From an uncultured Pseudobdellovibrionaceae bacterium (lineage in GTDB: Bacteria > Bdellovibrionota > Bdellovibrionia > Bdellovibrionales > Bdellovibrionaceae): DNA of 58,671 nucleotides. Below are positions 49,312-57,034 of this stretch, one piece after another; the stretch's first letter is position 1; every line of letters starts with the position of its first letter. The notes below the pieces were generated by a model. It worked only from the letters and a program-made list of their open reading frames with translations. It was not told the origin of the DNA and made no database searches. The DNA lies in NCBI GenBank assembly GCA_964522115.1, contig CAZFSX010000001.1:1-58671 (forward strand), written 5' to 3'. The translations under genes and the position numbers were made by a program.

Positions 49312-50189
49312 AAAGGGCTCCAGCCTGCAACACATGGGGCATCAGAAATTTGCTGGATGACCTTCAATTCGTGCATATTATAGATCATGGGAATATGAAA
49401 AACTTTTTCAGGTTGTAAACTTTGAAACAAAGAACTGTTCTGCAGTTCGCATTGACGTCGCTTTTTCTGTGCAAGATATGTCTTCGTGTTTTTATCGATC
49501 TGCTGCAGATCGTGGGATTGATTGATCCACAGATAGGCGTTTTTTTGAAAATTGTTTTTTAAAAATTGCAATATCTCGCTGGACTCTTGCAGCGAATATT
49601 CTGTCGGCAAAGCAACACAGTGAAATATTGTTTGTGCCGATCTTAAACACTCATCTATAGCACGGCTTTGCTCTCCCATTGGCCCCATCGACACCACTTG
49701 CCCTAACGCTTGAGGCGCCTTCAAAAGCGACATAAAGTGCCCCGTTGCAAATGCATCAACCACAATGTCTTGATAGGGCATTGCTGGGCCCACACGACGG
49801 AAGTGACTGGTTGCCTTCCCCAACAAGGAAAGCTCGGTCAAACCAGGCGCCACCTGAATCAAAGATCGCGACACCGAGTTTTCTAAAAACCAATCAACCA
49901 AAGTAGGAACTTTCAACAGGTGAAGAGCGTAATCTCTTAAACATTCAGTCCCTGTCCAAACCGACCACTGCATGGGTAGATCTTTCCCCAAGGAATCCCC
50001 CCAGCCCTGAGGATAAAACTGCCCCTGCAACCCCGGGAACAGATGGGCAAAATAGCTTTTTTGCCGTAGCTCCACCAGTAGGACTCGGCGCCCTTTCCTT
50101 GCCAAGGACAAAGCCAAAGCCGCCGAAACCGCCGACTTCCCTACCCCTCCCTTGCCAGTGATAAAGTGCAAATGTGCCATGGAACTCAT
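49308..50189 (-). CDS. ArsA/Get3-family ATPase-like protein (first copy)
   Basis: HFITGKGGVGKSAVSAALALSLARKGRRVLLVEL (deviant P-loop) and VVDAFATGHFMSLL (compare the ArsA DTAPTGHT switch). Confidence 0.75.
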   Translation of the reverse strand: MSSMAHLHFITGKGGVGKSAVSAALALSLARKGRRVLLVELRQKSYFAHLFPGLQGQFYPQGWGDSLGKDLPMQWSVWTGTECLRDYALHLLKVPTLVDWFLENSVSRSLIQVAPGLTELSLLGKATSHFRRVGPAMPYQDIVVDAFATGHFMSLLKAPQALGQVVSMGPMGEQSRAIDECLRSAQTIFHCVALPTEYSLQESSEILQFLKNNFQKNAYLWINQSHDLQQIDKNTKTYLAQKKRRQCELQNSSLFQSLQPEKVFHIPMIYNMHELKVIQQISDAPCVAGWSPL

Positions 50190-50337
50190 CTTTTAAGTGT
50201 AGGAAGCTTCTTTCGCCGCGTCCAGGAATGTTGTGCTGTGCAATATTTTCCAGACTTGCTCTTTCTGAGGCACTGATGATGGACATTCCGCACAAATTTT
50301 CATAAGATCGCCGCTCAAAAAAAGCCTAAGGAGAGTT

Positions 50338-51630
50338 ATGAAAAGCACAATTGAACAAGTGAATAAATTGGGCCGCCGTATGAACATTGAAATTCCGGCG
50401 GAAGTCGTTCAACAAACCATGGATAAAATGTTACGCGACATTCAATCCAAAGCAGACTTAAAGGGTTTCCGTAAAGGGAAAGCTCCTATGACAATGATCA
50501 AATCTATGTACGCAGATCGCGTGAAGCAAGATGCCGTTCAAGAATTGATTCAAATGCACTACTTCCAAGCTTTAAAAGAACATAACATAGACCCTATTTC
50601 TTACCCTGAGTTTGAGTTTGCTCCATTAACAGAGGCGCAAAATTTTTCTTTCTCTGCAAGTTTTGATGTTCGCCCCTCTGTTGAATTGAAAAAAACGGAA
50701 GGTCTTGAAGTTGAACGTGAAAAATTCGTTTTGACAGAAGATCGCGTAGACAAAGTGATTGAAAATATTCGTTCTGCTCGCGCAACAACAACTGACGTTT
50801 TGGAAGACCGCGCTTGCGCTATGGGCGATATCGCCATCATTAACTTTGAAGGTTTTGTTGATGGCAATGCTTTAGAAGGTGGTAAAGGCGAAAATCATCC
50901 ACTTGAATTAGGTGCAAAACAGTTCATCGATGGTTTTGAAGAAGCCGTTGTTGGAATGAAAGTTGGAGATTCTCGTAAGATTTCCTTGAAGTTCCCAGAT
51001 CCATATCACTCTATGGACCTAGCTGGAAAACCCGTTGAATTCCAAGTGACATTGACAAAATTGCAGAAAAAAGTTTTGCCAGAAATGGACGAAGCTTTCT
51101 TCCAAACATTGGGAATGATCAAAGATATTGAACAATTAAAACAAACGATCCGTGAAGACATCGAACGTACTGAACAAAAACGTATCCAAGGTGACTTCCA
51201 CAATGCTCTTTTAAAAGCTTTGATCCAAGCAAATCCTGTCGATGTGCCAGCGCGTATGTTGGAAGAACAGAAACAAGGTTTGATTGAAGACAGCAAAAAG
51301 CGTCTTGCAGAACAAGGTATGACAGATGATGATTTCAAAAAATACGTTGAAAAATGGAATGCTGATTTTGAAAAAACAGCTTCAGAAATGATTCAATCTA
51401 GTTTTATCGTCGATGCTATTGCTGCACAAAACAACCTTCGCTGCACAGATCTTGATTTCACAAAAAAACTTCAAGACTATGCTGTTCAAACTGGAATCGA
51501 CGTTGCTCGCGTTGAGGAATACTATGGTAAACCTGAACTTGCTAGCCGTCTTCGTTTCCAAATTACAGAAGAAAAAGTTTTGGAATTCTTAACTTCCAAA
51601 GCAAAAATCAAAGATGTAACAAAAGCGTAA
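50338..51630 (+). CDS. tig: trigger factor
   Basis: AAGGAGAG RBS. The N terminus includes ..DLKGFRKGKAPMTMIKSMY.. (ribosome-binding GFRxGxxP motif), followed by an FKBP-like middle domain. Length is 430 aa. Confidence 0.95.
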   Translation: MKSTIEQVNKLGRRMNIEIPAEVVQQTMDKMLRDIQSKADLKGFRKGKAPMTMIKSMYADRVKQDAVQELIQMHYFQALKEHNIDPISYPEFEFAPLTEAQNFSFSASFDVRPSVELKKTEGLEVEREKFVLTEDRVDKVIENIRSARATTTDVLEDRACAMGDIAIINFEGFVDGNALEGGKGENHPLELGAKQFIDGFEEAVVGMKVGDSRKISLKFPDPYHSMDLAGKPVEFQVTLTKLQKKVLPEMDEAFFQTLGMIKDIEQLKQTIREDIERTEQKRIQGDFHNALLKALIQANPVDVPARMLEEQKQGLIEDSKKRLAEQGMTDDDFKKYVEKWNADFEKTASEMIQSSFIVDAIAAQNNLRCTDLDFTKKLQDYAVQTGIDVARVEEYYGKPELASRLRFQITEEKVLEFLTSKAKIKDVTKA

Positions 51631-51655
51631 TCGCTGAAATGTTATGATTTGTATG

Positions 51656-51690
51656 AAGAAGAGCCAGCTTTATGTTGGCTCTTCTTTTTT
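51656..51690 (+). terminator. intrinsic terminator of tig
   Basis: AAGAAGAGCCAGC-TTTAT-GTTGGCTCTTCTT followed by TTTT. Confidence 0.75.
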
Positions 51691-51736
51691 ATGAACTGAC
51701 AAAGCCTTCTTGTCGTTGTGGGCTTTTTAAAATGAC

Positions 51737-52345
51737 TTAGTCCTGGCAAAAATTATTTTCTTCAAAGTATTGAGAACACATCGTGTATTGATAGTCACAG
51801 TCGGCAAGTTTTGCAGAACTAACGCTCATCTCTAAACATTGTTTGATTTCTCCGCGATCGACAGAAACATCAAAACTTCCTGTGGAAACAATCCTTCCGC
51901 GTTTACTCATATGAAAGGTCACGGTATTGACTCCAATGGAAAGCAAGGGCATTTGACCTAAGGATGGAAACCATAGATTAAAACCTTCTGCGCTTTGTCC
52001 ACGGTTGGATAAATACGGCAACATCTGACTGCGCTGCGTTTGATCGGGACGGACGACTGTAAGATAAACTTGATCTGCATCCACACCCTTAGGTCCTACA
52101 AAATAATCTCTTTCTCTAGCTGTGTCTTTTCCGGCAACAGATTTACTTTCTTCCGAGGATAAAATCTCGTTAAAACAGCTAAAAGTAACATCTCGTTTTT
52201 TTGATCCCTCGAAGCAGGACACATGCAAAGTGCCGCGCAGGGGGATTGCTTTAAAAAATTTTCCAGATTGGAATCCGACATCATCGATAGCATAACTAGG
52301 TAAGCATAAAATCCAAAAGTAAAACAAAGTGCAAAATTTATTCAT
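51737..52345 (-). CDS. exported hypothetical protein
   Basis: I moved the start to ATG 52345, where GGAGG sits 5 nt upstream. This gives the signal peptide MNKFCTLFYFWILCLPSYA|IDD. The track start at 52459 adds 38 residues without signal character. Confidence 0.5.
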   Translation of the reverse strand: MNKFCTLFYFWILCLPSYAIDDVGFQSGKFFKAIPLRGTLHVSCFEGSKKRDVTFSCFNEILSSEESKSVAGKDTARERDYFVGPKGVDADQVYLTVVRPDQTQRSQMLPYLSNRGQSAEGFNLWFPSLGQMPLLSIGVNTVTFHMSKRGRIVSTGSFDVSVDRGEIKQCLEMSVSSAKLADCDYQYTMCSQYFEENNFCQD

Positions 52346-52477
52346 CAGGTCCTCCCCGATTTGGATAGGAAAGACCTTAACCTTAGCTTTACATAGAATC
52401 AACCGCACGGCGCCATGAAGTCCTTCTCCAGGAGGAGGCTCTGATCGCCAGAGATTCAAATCAAAACAACGAAAACC

Positions 52478-53803
52478 TTACAAAATTCGTCGCATTAATT
52501 TGAAGGCTTGAAGATGATGAAACGCCTGCTGCAGTTGAAAGTCGTTTTTTAAAATTTCTTCTTTCGCAGAAGGTTTTTCTGACTTTTTTGAATCTCCAAT
52601 TTTTTCTTTTTCACCCAGCAAATGCCCTGATAAATCTTTTTCTCGAGAGGCATCTTTTTTATCTTTTTTGACTTCAATTTCACGATCTTCAATTTCTATA
52701 TCGGGTTTGATACCTTCCGCCTGGATAGAAATACCACTGGGTGTGTAATAGCGTGCCACAGTAAGTTTAAGTCCGGCCCCATCACCCAATTTCACGATCG
52801 ATTGAACGGATCCCTTTCCAAAGCTTCGCTCTCCGACAATTAAAGCACGTTTATTATCCTGCAAGGCTCCTGCAACAATTTCACTGGCACTGGCGGAGTG
52901 TTCATTAATAAGAACAACTAAAGGAAGTTTTGGATAGGCAGCCTTCTTTGTTGCCATGGCAACCTCTTTATCATTTTTATTGCGTCCGATCGTGCTGACA
53001 ATCACGCCCTCGGGAAGAAATAAGTCACTGACTTTGATGGCTTGATCCAAAAGCCCACCTGGGTTTTTCCTCAAGTCCAAAATAAGCCCCTTCATTTCAG
53101 GATATTTTTTTTGATGGTTTTGCAAAGCCTTTTCTAAGTCTTTCGAAGTTCCTTCGATAAAGCTAGTAATCTTCACATATGCAAATCCATCTTCTAAATC
53201 TGTGTATTTCACACTGTGAATTTTAACGACACCGCGAACGATGGGGATTTCAATGGGCTTATCTTCTTCCTCATTGCGAATCACTTTTAAAGTAATTTTA
53301 GCACCCTTTTTCCCACGCATCATCTGAGATGCTTCAACAAGACTCAATCCCTTTGTTGATTTGCCATCTATGGCGATTATTTTATCTCCAGATTTAACTC
53401 CAGCATTGTAGGCGGGAGTATCTTCGATGGGCGCAATGACAGTTAAATAGCCATTTTGAACAGAAATTTCCACACCTAGCCCACCAAATTCACCGTTCGT
53501 TTCATTTTCAAAGTCTCTCATAATTTCAGGTGGTAAATAATTAGTGTGTGGATCTAATTCGCGCATCATTCCACGAATAGCGCCATTCAGAAGTTTTTTT
53601 GTATCTACTTCTTCGACATAGTATTGTTGAATCATGTTCAACACTTTAGAAAAATTTTGAATTTCAGCATAACGTTCATCGACTGCGGCGGAGGCTGCCG
53701 CGAAAGATTTTGTCCATTTGAATTGAAAATGTTTGTGAATAAAAAGTCCTGCAGCAATAGCAAGTAAGCACAAAACCAATTTTATCATTCGCTGTTGGTT
53801 CAT
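52478..53803 (-). CDS. ctpA: carboxy-terminal processing protease (S41, PDZ-containing)
   Basis: ATG 53803 forms an ATGA overlap with the upstream ftsX/envC stop. It has a PDZ segment (AYNAGVKSGDKIIAIDG), the catalytic Ser context GERSFGKGSVQ, and Lys in GIKPDI. Confidence 0.9.
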   Translation of the reverse strand: MNQQRMIKLVLCLLAIAAGLFIHKHFQFKWTKSFAAASAAVDERYAEIQNFSKVLNMIQQYYVEEVDTKKLLNGAIRGMMRELDPHTNYLPPEIMRDFENETNGEFGGLGVEISVQNGYLTVIAPIEDTPAYNAGVKSGDKIIAIDGKSTKGLSLVEASQMMRGKKGAKITLKVIRNEEEDKPIEIPIVRGVVKIHSVKYTDLEDGFAYVKITSFIEGTSKDLEKALQNHQKKYPEMKGLILDLRKNPGGLLDQAIKVSDLFLPEGVIVSTIGRNKNDKEVAMATKKAAYPKLPLVVLINEHSASASEIVAGALQDNKRALIVGERSFGKGSVQSIVKLGDGAGLKLTVARYYTPSGISIQAEGIKPDIEIEDREIEVKKDKKDASREKDLSGHLLGEKEKIGDSKKSEKPSAKEEILKNDFQLQQAFHHLQAFKLMRRIL

Positions 53804-55839
53804 AAAGAGGGTCCTTTCAACCATGACTTGGGATCATAGGGTTCTGAAAAATGTCGAATTTCAAAATACATTCCTTGCGTTCCATGAATTTCCGAAAAAC
53901 CCGTGCTGGCAATCTTTTGCTGGGGTTGAACTTTTTCTCCAAGACTGACCACGGCATCTTTGGTTCCAGCATAGACGGTGTAGTAATGATCACCATGATC
54001 TAAGACGACGACTTGTCCCCATCCATCCATCGATCCTTGGTATGCAACTTTTCCACTGGCAACTGCAAACACTGTTTGATCGTGATCTGTCGCAAAGAAC
54101 AAGCCTTTGTGTGCAAATGCAATTTTTAAAAAAGGGTCCCTTTGAACACCAAATCCCTGGTATATCTTAGCATTCAATGGATATGGCAATTGTCCCTTTA
54201 AATCTGAAAAGGCGGACTCAGACAGAAGGTCAACCCATCCTTGATCCGTGCGTTGATCCCGGTTTAATTTTTCTTTTAACACGGCCAGTTTTTCTTCCGT
54301 CATCAAGGCACTGTCTTTGATTTTTTTAAGTAATTTCTTTTTCAGCTGATTTTGTTCGGCTAAACGACTTTCTGTTCGAAGATGTTGTTTTTGTAGCTTT
54401 TGAAGTTTTGCCACCCGAGACGCAAGTTTTTTCTTTTTCCCATCCAATTCTGCAAACGTCGATCGATAATTACGAATCAATTCCAAATCATTGCGCATCA
54501 GATGCGAAAGAATGCGCACATTTCGATCTAAATCGTTCATCTTATCCGATGACAAAATGATTTTTAACACTCCCTGCTGAGAGACACGATAAATGGATCG
54601 AACGCGCTTCTTTAGAAAATCTTTTTGACCGCTGAGTTGCTGATCCAGCTGACTTATTTTCCCATTGATATCTTCGATGCTGACTTCAAGGGACTGCGAC
54701 TCTTGTTCCAGCATGCTACGTTCTTGTTCCGCGCGACGTTGTTTTCGATTCAGTTCAAACAAAGCCCCAAGAAGACGGCGTTGTTCTTGCTCTTGCTGCA
54801 GAAGCTTTTGTTTTGTTTTTAGATAGTGCTCCTTTAAATTTCCAGAATTCGCAGCCAAAGAAGAAGAATTCGCAGCCAACAAACTTGCAAGACACATCCA
54901 TGGTAACCATAAAGGCACTGCCCATGTTGCTGTTGTTGCCGTGGACCATCCCGTATTGATCGAACGAACACGCAAATATGCTATACTGATTGTGACCAGG
55001 ACGGCCGCAGATAGAAATGACAGTAATTGTTTTGAATTTAAAAACTGAACCTGTTTAGCAATGCTAACCAACGCCAGATTTTCACGCATTTCCTGTGCTA
55101 GCAAATCAAAAACAACGTAATCCAAAACCATGGCAAGGCAAGAGGCAAGAATCGACAAAAATAGTGCTTCAAAAAGAAAGGGGCCACGGATCATCCAACG
55201 GCCGGCACCAATTATTTCTAAGACTTCCAACTCTTCCCTTCGTTGATCAATAGAAGTTTGCAATGAATTCGAAATCACAAAAAACACACCCGCCACCAAA
55301 AGAATTGAAATCAGTCCACCTAAACTTTGAAAGCCTTTCACAAATTGCGCATATCTTTGGATCCAGTCCTGACCGTAGGTCACTTCATCCACCCAAGTGC
55401 TTTGCTTCACTTGTTCAGCTAAATTCGCAAGAAGCACAGATCTTTGATCAAAGGGAATGTCTTCCTTCAAACGCACTTCTAAGCTGGCGGGAATGAGTTT
55501 CAGGACGTCGACATCTTTAATTAAATCGCCAGCGATGTGATTCATCTGATTTTGAAAGGACCGAATGGAATCTTCTTGCGAAATAAATCCAATATTTTGC
55601 ACATTTGGATTTTCTTGAATATTTTGAATCAAATCCTGAACATCATCATGCTTTGCCGTTGAAACCAGATAAGCAGTTAGTTGAAATTCATTGCCCCAAA
55701 ATGTGACCAATCTTGAAAAATTTTGAGAAAGTAAAAAGAAAAACAAAATCACAGACAGCGATGCTGTCATCACAATCAGACTTGTTAATTGCAAACCTGA
55801 ATGATGTTTCCATGTCTTCACAAGATGTCGCAAAATCAT
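53800..55839 (-). CDS. ftsX: FtsX permease fused in frame to an EnvC-like coiled-coil / degenerate LytM (M23) domain
   Basis: Residues 1-290 have FtsX topology: TM1, a periplasmic loop, then 3 TMs. Residues 307-325 form an extra hydrophobic segment (AVPLWLPWMCLASLLAA). Residues 335-530 are a Gln/Lys/Glu coiled coil. Residues 560-679 are an M23 fold with degraded metal motifs. There is no stop codon anywhere in the 679 codons. Confidence 0.8.
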   Translation of the reverse strand: MILRHLVKTWKHHSGLQLTSLIVMTASLSVILFFFLLSQNFSRLVTFWGNEFQLTAYLVSTAKHDDVQDLIQNIQENPNVQNIGFISQEDSIRSFQNQMNHIAGDLIKDVDVLKLIPASLEVRLKEDIPFDQRSVLLANLAEQVKQSTWVDEVTYGQDWIQRYAQFVKGFQSLGGLISILLVAGVFFVISNSLQTSIDQRREELEVLEIIGAGRWMIRGPFLFEALFLSILASCLAMVLDYVVFDLLAQEMRENLALVSIAKQVQFLNSKQLLSFLSAAVLVTISIAYLRVRSINTGWSTATTATWAVPLWLPWMCLASLLAANSSSLAANSGNLKEHYLKTKQKLLQQEQEQRRLLGALFELNRKQRRAEQERSMLEQESQSLEVSIEDINGKISQLDQQLSGQKDFLKKRVRSIYRVSQQGVLKIILSSDKMNDLDRNVRILSHLMRNDLELIRNYRSTFAELDGKKKKLASRVAKLQKLQKQHLRTESRLAEQNQLKKKLLKKIKDSALMTEEKLAVLKEKLNRDQRTDQGWVDLLSESAFSDLKGQLPYPLNAKIYQGFGVQRDPFLKIAFAHKGLFFATDHDQTVFAVASGKVAYQGSMDGWGQVVVLDHGDHYYTVYAGTKDAVVSLGEKVQPQQKIASTGFSEIHGTQGMYFEIRHFSEPYDPKSWLKGPSL

Positions 55840-55922
55840 TCTTTAAGAATACTTCGGTTCATCTGCAGGAACAAAAGTCCCGAGGTCCAGGTCTTGTCTT
55901 GGAAGGAAGTGCAGAAGTAAAA

Positions 55923-56576
55923 CTAGACCTTTAAAAGGCCATCTTTAATTTCTAAGGTTCTTTTTTTTCGACGTTGTACCATCGAGTGATCATGGGTTGC
56001 GATGAAGACAGTTGTCCCCTGGCTGGAGACCTTTTCAAATAAATCCATAATGTCTTCACTTAATTGTGGATCCAAGTTTCCTGTGGGCTCATCCGCGATC
56101 AGCAATTTTGGTTGATGAACAATGGCACGAGCAATGGCGGTACGTTTCTGTTCTCCACCCGAGACAAAATCAGGGTACTGATCTGCCTTGCTGGCAAGCC
56201 CCACTTTTTCTAAAATTTGCAGGGACTTTGCCATAGCTTCTTTGGAAGAGACCCCTTGAATGGTTAAGGGTAAGGCAACATTTTCTTGCAAAGTACGGTC
56301 CTTCAAAAGTTTGAAGTCTTGAAAGACGATCCCCACATTACGACGAAACTTCACCAGATCCTTTGCGGAAATATTTTGAAGATCAAACCCAACGACCTTC
56401 AAGGTTCCACTTGTGGGTCGATCAAAGGCAGACAACATTTTAAACAAAGTTGTTTTCCCCGATCCCGATGGACCTGTTAAATAAACGAATTCGCCTTGAT
56501 CAATATGAAGATCAATATTTTTCAAGGCCTGAATCTGCCCTGGATAAACTTTGTAAACGTGAGACATCTCAATCAT
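55923..56576 (-). CDS. ftsE: cell-division ABC transporter ATP-binding protein FtsE
   Basis: Motifs: LTGPSGSGKTTL, VSGGEQKRTAIARA, LLIADEPTGNLD. It is 217 aa and lies directly upstream of ftsX. Confidence 0.95.
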   Translation of the reverse strand: MIEMSHVYKVYPGQIQALKNIDLHIDQGEFVYLTGPSGSGKTTLFKMLSAFDRPTSGTLKVVGFDLQNISAKDLVKFRRNVGIVFQDFKLLKDRTLQENVALPLTIQGVSSKEAMAKSLQILEKVGLASKADQYPDFVSGGEQKRTAIARAIVHQPKLLIADEPTGNLDPQLSEDIMDLFEKVSSQGTTVFIATHDHSMVQRRKKRTLEIKDGLLKV

Positions 56577-56866
56577 TCTTTCAGCTTAAGTCGATTTTTT
56601 GTTCAGAACAAAACCCGCGAAGTCCAGCTGGGTGGTTCAGGATCTTCGGCTGGGGAAGTAAGGGGGGGTATGGCATTTTTTTCAAACTATATGAGTGTCC
56701 GAAATCCAGACATCCTTCAAAAATTCTTTAAAATTCTCTTCAAATTCCCTATATTGAATTTAATTCTAATATTTGGATATTTAGTTATTTCCGAAAGTCT
56801 TTTTTTGCGTTGAAAGCAATAATATTTCTTCAATATTTATGCCCAGTTTGAATATTTCATATGAGT

Positions 56867-56895
56867 TTGATAATTATTCTCTGCACGCATAATTT
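56867..56895 (+). promoter_or_regulatory. candidate sigma70-type promoter for the small ORF
   Basis: TTGATA (56867-72), a 17-nt spacer, then TAATTT (56890-95). This would place a transcription start about 15-20 nt upstream of the GGAG/ATG of the 22-codon ORF. It rests on sequence pattern only. Confidence 0.25.
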
Positions 56896-56919
56896 TAATG
56901 CCTGCTGAAAGGAGATTTT

Positions 56920-56988
56920 ATGGCATGGAGTTCTGGAAAAATTAAAACAACTAAATCAACTGTAGTTAAAATTGTTGTTGAGCAATAA
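56920..56988 (+). CDS. 22-codon small ORF (leader peptide or small secreted/signalling peptide)
   Basis: AAAGGAG sits 6 nt before ATG 56920. The translation is MAWSSGKIKTTKSTVVKIVVEQ, followed by TAA. It is below the track's size threshold. Confidence 0.4.
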   Translation: MAWSSGKIKTTKSTVVKIVVEQ

Positions 56989-57016
56989 AAAATGGGGCCT
57001 TTGTGCCCCATTTTTT
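56986..57016 (+). terminator. intrinsic terminator immediately after the small ORF
   Basis: TAAAAAATGGGGC-CTTTGT-GCCCCATTTTTT. The GC-rich stem starts 3-4 nt after the stop codon and a T6 tract follows it. Only 18 nt separate the T-tract from the next ATG. Confidence 0.7.
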
Positions 57017-57034
57017 GATTGAAAGTGAGTATTT

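Noticed and set aside
49945-50295. A 116-aa minus-strand ORF overlapping the 5' end of the first ArsA-like gene
   Set aside because: It is an alternative frame of a gene with a clear P-loop. Its Gly/Arg-rich translation has no motif and no RBS.
38942-51630. tig lies about 7 kb from clpP-clpX-lon and on the opposite strand, which might indicate a rearrangement
   Set aside because: tig-clpPX linkage is common but not universal. No repeats, IS elements or tRNA genes mark a breakpoint, so it is not informative without comparative data.
56450-56813. Track ORFs 56450-56731 and 56496-56813 (93 and 105 aa)
   Set aside because: Their 5' parts run antisense through the ftsE start region. Only the 3' portion from ATG 56670 has any independent support, and it is reported separately as a low-interest finding.
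56920-57016. Classical amino-acid attenuation (thr/ilv-leader style) for the Thr/Val/Ile/Lys-rich mini-ORF
   Set aside because: I could not find an upstream segment complementary to the 5' arm of the terminator (AATGGGGC) that could form an antiterminator. The textbook three-hairpin mechanism is therefore not supported. A simpler ribosome-occlusion mechanism remains possible and is described in the findings.
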